Source of the DNA: the human T2T-CHM13v2.0 reference genome, Homo sapiens | Reading direction: 5' to 3' (one strand) | DNA length: 64,000 nt | Assembly: GCF_009914755.1 (NCBI RefSeq) | Contig: NC_060933.1 | In this document: positions 33,728 to 48,910 of the stretch, one piece after another | How the letters are laid out: each line of letters begins with the position of its first letter | Position numbering within the stretch: the stretch's first letter is position 1 | Translations under genes and position numbers: made by a program | The notes under the pieces: model-generated | Database searches by the model: none | What the model was told of the DNA's origin: nothing | Seen by the model: the letters and a program-made list of their open reading frames with translations, nothing else

Positions 33728-34199
33728 GGAAAGAGAATTTTAAGAAGACAGTAAGATGGGGCAGCAGAGTAACAGCCTCCGGGCCTGACACTGGAGCACC
33801 AGCCTGCAGGTGTGTTATTTTACAGAGAGCCAGCTGCACCGGCAGCATCACCAAACCAGAGCTGGAAGAGAGCAGCTGGCTTCACTCCTGGCTTTCAGGA
33901 AAGGGAATGTCTAAAGTTGCCTCCCTTATTTTTGGAATTTTGAACTGATAACCCTATTCTTACCCATCTGGCCAGACGATTCCTTAACTCGTGTTACACC
34001 TGCAGAATGAGTTTTAGATCTAGCTGTGACCTCTTCCCCCAGCCCCACCCCCATTGTCCCCTTGTGTGCCTTCAGGAATCTGATCATTCTTCTCTCCTGC
34101 TCCTTCCCAAAGGCTGCAGGAGCAGGTGTGAAGACGTGGATGTGCCAGATGCAGAGTCCTGACACTTTTCAACACATCTGCATATTAGAGGAAGTACAT

Positions 34200-34600
34200 A
34201 CCCATTGCTTGGTGGTTTCATGTCTAATGTGGTATGAGTGTGACAAAGAGAGGGAGAAAATTTGGACTAGCCAAAGAAGCCAGTCAGGCGTGGGGTTTGA
34301 AGGGCATCGTGGGCGGCTGTCATTTGCTCTCTGCTTGTCACAGCCCCTTGCCCAGGGCTTGACCAGTGAGGTGTATGTGCTGGTCACACCCATCTCAGCA
34401 GATCTGTCAGCTTTCCCGCTTTTGTTAAAGGGTGATATCATGCTTCCTGGGGGGAGCACTGGAAGACAATGCTCGGCCACTTTCCTCCAGATACAATAGG
34501 CGGAGTCAGGAAGGCAGTATTGACATTGCTGGGGCTGGGGAGGCACTCACTGCTCTGCGGCCGTCAGATGGTGAACCAGCTTAACCTTGGCACACAGGGC
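34200..34600. promoter_or_regulatory. TEK: TEK intron-1 endothelial enhancer (orthologue of the mouse Tie2 intronic core enhancer)
   Basis: Non-repetitive block; ggtcacacccatctcagcagatctgtcagctttcccgcttttgtta...gggtgatatcatgcttcctggggggagc matches the mouse core enhancer as recalled; ETS cores at 34444, 34461, 34482, 34509; TGATATCA 34433-34440; ACAAT at 34466 and 34493. Confidence 0.78.
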
Positions 34601-34914
34601 CTGGGTTGTGCAAGGCGTCTGGCTGCAGAGCCAAAGGGGACTCCACCCTGGGGACAGGAGTGCTTTAGACATCTGGGAATCTGGGATGGGCTTCAAATTC
34701 TGATCCCTGTGTCAGAAACAACCACAAAACAATAAGAGTACCAGTAATAACAAAAATGACTACCCTAGGTTGAATGCCTTTATGTGCCAAGTGTTAAATA
34801 TGATTTTTAATATTTCACAACTTTACACTATAGGTATTATTATTTTTTTAATAGACAGGGAAACCAAGGCTCACAAAGGTTAAGTGACATGTCCAAGGTT
34901 AAAATGTAAGTGAC

Positions 34915-35209
34915 CAGCCAGGTGTGGTGGCTCGTGCTTGTAATCCCAGCACTTTGGGAGGCCAAAGCAAGCAGATTGCTTGAGCCAAGGAGTTCGAGAC
35001 CATCCTGGGCAATATAGGGAGACCCATCTCTACAAATAATACAAATATTGGCTGGGTATGGTGGCACACACCTGTGGTCCCAGCAACCCGGGAGGCTGAG
35101 ATAGATGGATCGCTTTAGCCTGGGGGTTTTAGGCTGCATGAATGTCGTGATCATGCCGCTGCATTCCAGCCTGAGTGACATAGTGAGACCTCATCTTAAC
35201 AACAACAAA
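34915..35209 (+). mobile_element. Alu (AluJ) inserted in a MIR
   Basis: Diverged Alu; MIR-like text at ~34745-34910. Confidence 0.9.
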
Positions 35210-36428
35210 CCGGAAAATGGCGGCCATCCATTATTTTGGATGCCTAACATTTCAAACTTTCAAGAACTGCCATGCTTTCCCTCTAGGTGATTCTGATGGG
35301 TCTGCCAATCACTGGTCACAGAATGTCCCAGCCAACTAACAACAGCAGTTGGTTCAAACAGAAGATGCACAGCCCAACAGGGCCAGTTAGACTCTTTCCC
35401 TGGGAATTTATGAGCACTTTGAAAGCAAAAGCCTCTCTTTCTTCATAGAGGACACTGTATCCCTGGAGCTACCAACTTCGCTGACCACTTGAAGGAAGCT
35501 AGTCTTTAGTACGAGAGAATGAGGCCAATAACAAAAGATGGACCAAGACAGGCACTCTGATAGCATTTGAGACGTGGGTCCAAGGATTTTCAAACACGCA
35601 GCCCTGCCTCTTTCAGTTCTGTGAGCTAGTTTCTTTTATTTGTTTAAGCTATTTTGAGTTAGCTTCTATCCCTTGGAAGTGAATCATCCTGACTGACCAC
35701 ATGTCTCAGTAGGAAATGATGGAGACAAGAGTTACACTGAAAAATGACCTGAACCCGAATCCTGGGCTCTTTAAAACACCTCACTGTGCTGCCTTCGAAC
35801 TAGTGTTTCATGGTCACCTCAGGTTAGTTCCTAGAAAATGAAGCTAACAGCATTTCTTCATGTGGTTTTGGGGAAGACCTTTTAAAAAAAATAACTTAAA
35901 AATACTTAGAACAGTGCCGGCTCATAGTTAGCACTCGATAAAAATCAGATGTTATTAAGATTTGCTTATAAATGAAACTGGTGTCTCATATGTTACCTTA
36001 TGTTACTCCTTTCAAAGCACATTTTTATCCACGAGGGCAGGCAACCCACATTCCATGCAGATGAGGCTCCCTGGCTTCCCTTGGTGTCCTAAGTCTGGCC
36101 TTATAGTGGGGACAAGGTGAGAGAGGCTTACACCTGTGGGTTCTTGGGCTTCTGCTAAAAATGTGGAGAGTCGGGTGGGGAGATTCCTCTCTGTTGCTCA
36201 ACGAGCTGGCAACATTGGGCTCCCAATCTTTTTCCTGCCAGCCCCCAGTTTCCTCTCATTTCTGGGTCGTGACTGATCACGGGCTCTAGGATGATCTGTC
36301 ATTTGAAGGTTCCCACCTCATTTATCCCAAACCTATTGATTCCTATTTCTTGACATTTTTTTTACTTCTAGTGGAATCTGCCTCACTTGTGACTAAGCTT
36401 GTTGCATTTTTGGACCCATCCTGGTGTC

Positions 36429-36484
36429 TGTGTGCACATGCGTGTGTGTGTGTGTGTGCATGTGGGTGTGGATGCACACGTGTG
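36429..36484. repeat. Imperfect (TG)n / alternating purine-pyrimidine tract
   Basis: tgtgtgcacatgcgtgtgtgtgtgtgtgtgcatgtg... Confidence 0.85.
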
Positions 36485-37530
36485 AGAGAAAGAAATAGCT
36501 CTCCCTCCATTTCAGCACATATTTGCTCTAATTCCACCTTCCTTTAGTCTCCATTCTACTTTGTGTCCAATACCCCTTGCATCTGGAAAGGATGTTCTAA
36601 TCTTCTGGGGTTGATTTAAACATCCATCTATTTTATTAATCATTGCTACCACTTCAGAATCGAAGAAGACGGTGGTGGCAGTGGTGATTGCTTGTGGTCA
36701 GCAGCTTTTCAGGAGACAGTCTTTGCCTGCCTCACCAGCCTCTCGTGGTTCTCAGTCCCACATACTATGATGGAAGTGTACTCAAGTCATACCAGACTCT
36801 TTGCAGTTTCCAAACATTCATGTTCAAGCATTTATGCCTTTGTGTATGCTGGTTTCTCTTTCTAGCATGCCCTTGTCACCTCTTCTTCACCTGCTTTACT
36901 TATTTATGATTAGAGGTTTAGCTCATGTGTTATATCTTCTAAGAAGTCTTCTTTAACCTCCTCGCATGGATTAGGGCCCTGCCTTAGCCTGAGGCGAAAA
37001 CATGGCCTGAAGGCCAAGGCATATGTGCAGGTGGATTATGTGGGATAATGATCCCAGGAAGCAAGAGTGAGGGACTAGTGGAATGAAACTCTACAAGGAT
37101 GCATTGTCAAGCTGGCTGCAGCGACAGAAGCCTGGTGCTCCAGACTTTCTGAGGAGCCTTATGAAATGAGACTTAGAACTTCATCCGCAAATGAAAAGGG
37201 GAGGCATTCATCTATTGCTATTCCCTTTGTTCAAGGGTTATGTAGACCTAAGAACCTAGCAGGTTACCATAGGTGAGGAAGTAAGATATACTCGACTGGG
37301 CTCTAGGTGAGCTACTTTGAGACTGCACCTGCTCAAAGATCAGAAGTGGCCCTTGCAGGAGCAGCCAGGGCAAAAGCTGGGATGAGGAGGGTTTGCACTG
37401 GTGCCTAAGAGGTTTCAGATACAGGCACCTTGGTACTTGCCTTTGTCATAATACTTAGAAAATTTAATTACAATGTGCAGTTTACTGGTTGGTTTTGCCC
37501 GCTGGACTATGAGCTGTGTTTGGCATTTCA

Positions 37531-37902
<372 letters not shown>

Positions 37903-37984
37903 TAGCTTTGCTTTGTATTAAATGTTCTGAGTTAGGGTTACCTTAAGTGTGTTGTATATATTACTGCTGGCCTGCAAGATGATT

Positions 37985-38190
37985 TGTATATATATTTCAT
38001 AAATAAAAATTTATTTTATTTTATAAATATATTTTATAAATTTATATACATATTTTATTTGTATACATATGTATTTTTATATGTATAAATATATTTTCCA
38101 TATTATATGCAATATGCAAAATTATTTACATATATAAACATTTATTTGCATCTGTTTATAGATATATGTATATATGTGTGCATATGTATC
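37985..38190. repeat. AT-rich low-complexity tract
   Basis: Degenerate (TA)n-rich sequence. Confidence 0.8.
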
Positions 38191-39326
38191 ATATCAGTCA
38201 TGTGATTTCATGATTAGTCCTCGTTAATATGAGGATAAGAAAAAAAGTTAATTTAAATATAATGATTGATAGAAAAATTGCACAGGTGATATGTAGACTC
38301 AGTAAGAATCACAAAAGTGATCCATGAATGAATGCAATTTGAGAGACACTGCTATAACCAGATGAGTTAGCCACTCGAATCCTGTCCTTTTTAGAACTGT
38401 GTATGTGCATGTGTATCCAAAGAAATAACAAAAGCATTTTGGGCGTGTAATTAATGCTATCCCAGTGACATAAACAAAGTGAAACAGAGTTTCACAGTGA
38501 TCGACCTGTCTCAAAGCACCGTCACGGATTCTAATTTTGTTTCTCCCAGGAAACCTGGAAAGTGGGTATTTGTTAATAAAATTATAGACAAGACCTTGGG
38601 CACAGTGGGCTTCCTCACAAAAGGCCCAGCTAACGAGCAGGCAATGCCCGTCAGTAGAGAAATGGTTGGTCAGTTCTACTCATCCATTCCAGCTAGCATC
38701 TACTGAACCCTTTTTATGTACTAGGAATCTGCTAGGCATTGGAGTTCCAAAGATAGTTAAGAGAGGGACTTGAACTCAAGCAGTTGCAGTCTGGTGGGTG
38801 AGAAACCCTGCCCTAATAAAGGCAGATGGAAACATGGAAACTGGAGTGAGCAATTCTGAGAGAAAACAGGGATCTCACCAGGAGGGTGACATTTGAGAAG
38901 GGAGAACAGGATTATGGAAGATCAGGAGTGGAAGTGAGGAGGAGGGGCATTCTAGGCAGAGGGGAAAGCATGAAAATTTGGGATAAAATGTTTAAGAGAC
39001 TTTTATGCAGTGGTTTTTGCGGCTACACAATGGGTTCATTGAAGAAGGTGGCAGGGATTAAAAGTGGGAAGATGGGTTGGAGAAAAGGTAATTTGGTTTG
39101 AGATTGGCCAAGTGGGCAGGGACAGAGACACTTATAAGAGCCTTTAGGGTATAGGATGAAGCGGTGTGAGGTAGTGAGACGTGTCTGGAGATAAGAGGAG
39201 GACAGCAGGTAGGTCTGGGAACCTACATCGAGAGGTAATACGGGTAGAGAAAGAGGAGACTGATGATCCTGAAAGGATGTGCCAAGGAAGGAGGAGCTTC
39301 AACTATATCAAAAATTGGAGGAAAGA

Positions 39327-39793
<467 letters not shown>

Positions 39794-40276
39794 TCACATC
39801 CTGGTAGGTTCCTATTTCCGTGTGCTTTCTGTAAGCTTAATTATAGGGTGAGCTGCTGAAAGGGGTTAGGTCCTTCTCTCTGCCGTCATAGGCTCAAGGT
39901 ACTAAAAGGATATGCGGGGGTGTAAAGGGAGTAAGGAAAGAGCTCTGCCATCACAGGTACTCTCCTTCCCCTGCATGTGGTCCCTTAAATCACCTGAATT
40001 AGGCGATATTTTAGTTTTATAAATACACTGTAATGAGGGTAGGTATTTTCATGGAGAGGCCACGCACAGTTACCTGGAGTAACAGAATACTGGAACTGTC
40101 AGAGACATAAAAGATTATCTAGCCCAGTGTTTCTGAAATCTCTTAACAGAATACCAATTCTAGGAGACTTGCATAATCTTTTTTATTGTTTTTGAGTATC
40201 ACGTGGAGCTAATGTTCTATATTTTGAAAAATTCTGGTTCAGTTTAACCTGCTCATTTTACAGATGACAACACTGA

Positions 40277-40631
<355 letters not shown>

Positions 40632-40733
40632 GAATTTCTTCACTTTAAAAGAGCATGGAAGGCAATGTAAATTACAGCTTAATGCACGTACAGTGTAGTC
40701 AGACAGGCTGAGCTTGCATCCCAGCCTTACTAC

Positions 40734-41200
40734 TGTATCAGTTAGTTGTTGCCATGTAACAAACTACTCCCAAAACTCAGTGGCTAAACCAACATTTATA
40801 ATTACTCCCATGTTTTTGGCTCATTCAAGGTTCAGCTGATCTATGCTTGACACAGCTGAGTAGCTCTGCTTCAGGTTGCAGCAGCTGGGGCAGCTCTGCT
40901 CCTTGCTGTAGGTATGTGGGTTTCCTGGATGACTCTGCGCACATATCATCTTTCTTGGATCAGCGGATCACTCAGGGCATGTTTTACTCGTGATGTTAGA
41001 AACACAAGAGAGCTAAGTAGAAACAAGTAAACAAGTGGGGCTTCTTAAGGCCTTGGCTCAGAACTAGCATGTTGTCACACCCAAAGTGATGTGCCCAAAG
41101 TCAAGGGACGGGAAATACACTCTGCCCACAACGAGGCCAAAGCAGAAATGTGGAAGCAAGGAAGGATGGAGAGTTGGGGCCAATAATTCAACCTATTATA
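40734..41200 (-). mobile_element. MLT1-type LTR relic inserted in a MIR
   Basis: tgtatcagttag...gtaacaaactactcccaaaactcagtggct is a typical antisense MLT1 end; MIR halves on either side. Confidence 0.6.
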
Positions 41201-42099
41201 ACAACTACTAGCTTTGCACTGTGGTGCAACTCACTCGGCTTCATCTGTAAAATATGCAGCATGATAGTACCTACCTCATGGGTTTTTTTTGGAGGGAGGA
41301 GCAAGTAATTCAGGTAGTTCTTATAAACCATTTAGAACAATGCTTAAATTTAGAAAACACAAAGAAAATTAGTGACAGTACTAATATTTAATCCATCTAA
41401 CCATCAACACCTGTGCATATGAGGTCTATCCCACCAGAGTGGCTATAGGAGGGTTAGGGTTGACTTCGCAGATTGGCCTAGTGTCAGCTGATTCTCTTCC
41501 AGCAGAAGGGCTTGAAGGAGTGACCTTCGGAACAGTCCCCAGTCGCTCATTTATAAGTCCCCTTTTTCCTCTCTCATAACTGCATCATAGCCACAAACTC
41601 AAGACCCAACCAGCATGGGCTTGCATTGTGTTGCCTGGTCTCCCCACCCGCCTCGGCCCTGTGTATCTCACACCCAGAGTCAGCAGTGCTTTTCACACAA
41701 ACCATCTGCCAAGAGATGTGGAGCTGGAGCCAGAAACACACAACAGCTGCAGAAGCTCAGCCACATTCAGAAGCCTGTAGTAATCGCCTAACAGGCTTGG
41801 ATACAGCTCTGACTGCTGAGTAACTCTAGAGTATGGAAGCCCATCAGTAAATTATGATTGCAGCATGAGTAATACATGAGTTCTGCCAGCTGCTTCTGGA
41901 ATCAAACAAAAGACAGTGCTGTTGCCAGCCAGGAAAAAGTCACCTTTAAGTGCATCACTGTCTTCTTTTTCAGGCTAGGAGAGCCGGTGACTAAGACTAG
42001 CTTCTATTAGAGGCCCCCTTTTTCTCTCCTAGAGATCTTTCTAATGAAACTCATGGCTTATAACCCCTACCAAGCCCATCTTTTCACCTTATGCCCAGG

Positions 42100-42320
42100 C
42101 AGTTGAGAACACAGACTCCGGTGCCAGATAAATCTGGGTTGGAGCCCCATTCAAAAATGTGACAGCTGTGTGACCTTGGGTAAGTTGTTTCACCTTTCTG
42201 TAGCATGAGGATAACAATATTACCCTTTAATGAGGGTTACATGATTTGAAGCATGTCAAATGCTTAGCAAAATATAGGTGTATAACAAATGTTCAATATA
42301 ATATTAACTATCATTATTTT
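42100..42320 (+). mobile_element. MIR SINE
   Basis: gctgtgtgaccttgggtaagttgtttcacctttctg MIR core. Confidence 0.7.
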
Positions 42321-42575
42321 TTTGTATCTCCCTGTGCTACTAGGGTAATTGCTCCTAAGAGTACCCTGCCTCCAAGAATCTGTATAAATGTTGTTCCATT
42401 CCATCCCACCTCTCTCAACACATCTCATTTCTTTCCAACTCTTTCTATTCTATACATATTTTTTGAGCTTCTACTCTGTGCCCAACACTGAGTCAGGTAC
42501 TCAGAAGATATAAACAGAAAAAAACACAGAAACTTGCAGCTAAGGAGGTTTTTGTTGGGGTCACAGCTAGACATG

Positions 42576-43130
42576 CAGTAGATTGTTGTTATTCATGGTG
42601 CTTATGTTCTGTAAACCACGAACACGAGGTTAGGGTCACTGCAAGCTTCTGGTCACGACATTTTCGTCAACACATTAATACATAACCCTGCTTTATTTGT
42701 GTCTTGGTGTAAAGACAAACCATTTGGTCTCCGTGGCTGATTCATTAACATTGAACTCATAGCCAGAGGCACTCCTGCCTGAACAAAGCTTACCTAACAC
42801 ATAAGTTTTCTCCTAAGGCATATCACAGCTTTGTGATGTTTAAGAAGTAGATGGCACTTCAGCACTAGACTTGGGACCATTGTAAATGGTGAAAATGGTA
42901 ATAAAGAGCACAAAAATATTAAAAACTAATGCACTAAATATATCACAAAAAGGACACTTGTTTATAGTATGAGTGCTGAGCAGAAGTTCTGCTTCACCTG
43001 GGAATGTGTTTATCCAGGGACTCTGTGCATGTATTCAAATGACTGGGAAAGTGCTTTTGAGGTTACAAATAAATTCTAGCCAGTAGACAAATTTACACAT
43101 ACAGAATCTATAAATGATGAGGATACACTG
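42576..43130. mobile_element. TcMar-Tigger non-autonomous DNA transposon (MER82-like)
   Basis: TIR-like ends cagtagattgttgttattcatgg / taaatgatgaggatacactg followed by TA; internal text resembles MER82 as recalled. Confidence 0.75.
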
Positions 43131-43532
43131 TATATAAAAATGACTATGCAAGTCAGACTGCAATAAAGTTTCCATAGAAATACAGGGCAATATAGCACAG
43201 ACCAGAGAGAAACTGCTCCAGTCTAGGGTAATCAATCAGGCTCCACTAACTGAAATGAGACTTTTAAGGACATTTCTGACACAGAGGAGACAGTAGTGAT
43301 GGAAGCAGGAGGAATTAAAATATGTGGCTAAATGCAGCCAGATTACCCAGATTGGGGCCAGAGGATGGAAGGATTTTGGCTTCCATCACTGTACAGTGTA
43401 ACCCAGATTTGACTGGATTCCCCGAAGCAGGCCTCTCCTCACTCACACCCATTACAAGCAAGAGCCAACACTTAGAGATGCCAAAACAACATAAAACAGA
43501 TGCAACTCCGTGATGTTAGCTAGTAACACAAC

Positions 43533-45830
43533 TTTTTTTGTTTTATTATACTTTAAGATCTGGGGTACATTTTGAGCAGAAAGTGCAGTTTTGTTACATA
43601 GGTATACATGTACCATGGTGGTTTGCTGCAGCTATCAACCCATCATCTACATTAGGTAGTTCTCCTAATGCTATCCCTCCCTCAACCCCCAATCCCCTGA
43701 CAGGTCCCGGTGTGTGATGGCCCCCGCACCCGTGTCCATGTGTTCTCATTGTTCAGCTCCCGTTTATGAGTGAGAACATGCAGTGTTTGGTTTTCTGTTC
43801 TTGTGTTAGTTTGCTGAGAATGGTTTCCAGCTTCATCCATGTCCCTGCAAAGGACATAAACTCATCCTTTTTTATGAATGCATAGTATTCCATGGTATAT
43901 ATGTGCCACATATTCTTTATCCAGTCTATCATTGATGGGCTTTTGGGTTGGTTCCAAGTCTTTGCTATCGTGAATAGTGCCACAATAAACGTGTGTGCAT
44001 GAGTCTTTATAGTAGAATGACTTATAATCCTTTGGGTGTATACCCAGTAATGGGATGGCTGGGTCAAATGGTATTTGGTATTTCTAGTTCTAGATCCTTG
44101 AGGAATTGCCATATTGTCTTCCACAATGGTTGAACTAATTTAAACTCCCACCAACAGTGTAAAAACGTTCCTATTTCTCCATATCCTCCAGCATCTGTTG
44201 TTTCCTGACTTTTTAATGATTGCCATTCTAACTGATGAGAGATGGTATCTCATTGTGGTTTTGATTTGCATTTCTCTAATGACCAGTGATGATGAGCATT
44301 TTTTCATGTTTGTTGGCTGCATAAATGTCTTCTTTTGAGAAGTGTCTGTTTATATCCTTTACCCAATTTTGATGGGGTTGTTTGATTTTTTCTTGTAAAT
44401 TTGTTGAAGTTCTTTGTAGATTCTGGATATTAACCCCTTGTCAGAAGGATAGATTGCAAAATTTTACTCCCATTCTGTAGGTTGCCTGTCCACTCTGATG
44501 GTAGTTTCTTTTGCTGTGCAGAAGCTCTTTAGTTTAATTAGATCCCATTTGTCAATTTTGGCTTCTGTTGCGATTGCTTTTGGTGTTTTAGACATGAAGT
44601 CCTTGCCCATGCCTATGTCCTGAATGGTATTGCCTAGGTTTTCTTCTAGGGTTTTTATGGTTTTAGGTCTAACTTGTAAGTCTTTAATCCATCTTGAATT
44701 AATTTTTGTATAAGGTGTAAGGAAGGGATCCAGTTTCAGCTTTCTGCATATGGCTAGCCAGTTTTCCCAACACCATTTATTAAATAGGGAATCCTTTCCC
44801 CATTTCTTGTTTTTGTCAGGTTTGTTAAAGATAAGATGGTTGTAGATGTGTGGTGTTATTTCTGAGGCCTCTTTTCTGTTCCATTGGTCTAGGTATCTCT
44901 TTTGGTAGCAGTACCATGCTGTTTTGGTTACTGTGGACTTGTAGTATAGTTTGAAGTCAGGTAGCTTGATGCTTCCAGTTTTGTTCTTTTTGCTTAGGAT
45001 TGTCTTGGCTATGCGGGCTCTTTTTTGGTTCCATATGAAATTTAAAGCAGTTTTATCTAATTCTGTGAAGAAAGTCAATGATAGCTTGATGGGGATAGCA
45101 TTGAATCTATAAATTACTTGGGGCAGTATGGCCATTTTCACGATACCGATTCTTCCTATCCATGAGCATGGAATGTTTTTCCATTTGTTTGTGTCCTTTT
45201 TTATTTCATTGAGCAGTGGTTTGTAGTTCTCCTTGAAGAGGTCCTTCACATCCCTTGGAAGTTGTATTCCTAGGTATTTTATTCTCTTTGTGGCAATTGT
45301 GAATGGGAGCTCGCTCATGATTTGGCTGTCTGTTTGTCTGCTATTGGTGTATAGGAATGCTTGTGATTTTTGCACATTGATTTTCTATCCTGAGACTTTG
45401 CTGAATTTGCTTATCAGCTTAAGGAGATTTTGGGCTGAGATGATGGGGTTTTCTAAATATACAGTCATTTCATCTGCAAACAGACAATTTGACTTCCTCT
45501 TTTCCTACGTGAATACCCTTTGTTTCTTTCTCTTGCCTGATTGCCCTGGCCAGAACTTCCAATCCTATGTTGAATAGGAGTGGTGACAGAGGGCATCCTT
45601 GTCTTGTGCTGATTTTCAAAGGGAATACTTCCAGTTTTTGCCCCTTCATTATGACATTGGCTGTGGGTTTGTCATAAATAGCTCTTAATATTTTGAGATA
45701 TGTCCTATCAATACCTAGTTTATTGAGAGTTTTTAGCATGAAAGGGTGTTGAATTTTGTCGGAGGACTTTTCTGCATGTATTGAGATAATCGTGGTTTTT
45801 GTCATTCTGTTTATGTGATGGATTATGTTT
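43533..45830 (-). mobile_element. 5'-truncated primate L1 (L1PA), 3' part of ORF2 plus 3' UTR, disrupted
   Basis: ORFs 45470-45805, 44464-45375 (303 aa; [15 protein letters not shown]), 44140-44322 and 43753-44124 are frameshifted L1 ORF2 pieces; probable diverged TSD gtaacacaa/gtaacataa at 43523 and 45831. Confidence 0.95.
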
Positions 45831-46589
45831 GTAACATAAAATTTTTAGCAGGTCAAAGGAAAAGATGATTTGTGCTGTACAGTGTGTAAAATAAAACTTA
45901 ATACATGCACAAGTAGATATCTCTCTGTTCTTATGACTAATTTCCTTTCCAGTTCCCAGCCTACTCTTTCTCTTCTCTTCCACAGCCCCTACTATTCCTG
46001 GAAATTCCAGTTTTGCACATACATCCCCATGCCACTTCCCCCTTGCATATATACCACTTGGCAGAACAAAAACCAGGTAGTTATCTAAGCCCATCTCCTC
46101 TGGAAATCTTAGCAGGAGCTCTGTATTGTTACTCAAGCATGGCTTTCAGTTTTTACTCCATCCTTCATTGAGCCCCTTCCAAGGGGCTTATGCAAATATT
46201 CACCCAATAAAATATTTCCTTCATATTTTGGCACAAGCAATAAAGAAGTACAAGGTCCCAGATCAGTTGCCCCTCCCTATCATTGCCTCTGCCTGTTATT
46301 CCTGACAGAATAAGCATTTTTCTCATCTTAAACGCATGATCCATGGTTTCTGCAATTTCTAAAGACCCTAGACCAGGCTCTGGCCACACTGGATATTCAA
46401 TAAATGAATAGATTTCCACTAAACTGATGGCTTTGGGGAAAGAGATATTGTATAATATTTTCTTCCATAAAACTCATAGGTAGGTTTAAGTATTGTTTTC
46501 TTATATATTTCACAGCAAAGTTTCATAATTCGTATCACATAAGTTCTAAGCATTGCCTTCTAATAACTCTTATCCAATCACCTAAAGAT

Positions 46590-48379
<1,790 letters not shown>

Positions 48380-48552
48380 AATTTGATAAAGCTATATATG
48401 TTTGTTTCTGTAGTTTCCCCTCTAAATAGTCTAGGAAAGAAATGAAAGTTATGCATCAAAATGTCAGCAAGGGTTAAAATGTTCCTTTCTAACCATTTCG
48501 TACTGTGTTTAGATAGAATGGATCTAGTGTTTAAAGAAGGATTTCACAATGA

Positions 48553-48910
<358 letters not shown>

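Noticed and set aside
34557-34576. CTCF-like ggccgtcagatggtga (also tcccctctagtga near 61355)
   Set aside because: Only partial matches to the consensus; cannot be supported without a PWM scan or ChIP data
34026-34735. 157-, 125- and 88-aa ORFs over the enhancer
   Set aside because: No recognisable protein similarity, present on both strands, and better explained by GC-richer regulatory DNA
41960-41990. Acceptor-like tcttctttttcag|gc as possible TEK exon 2
   Set aside because: Downstream sequence does not encode the TIE2 continuation (TVEGAMDL...); such motifs are frequent in long introns
44464-45375. 303-aa ORF, the longest in the track
   Set aside because: A fragment of L1 ORF2 in a 5'-truncated, frameshifted L1PA; not a host gene or an active element
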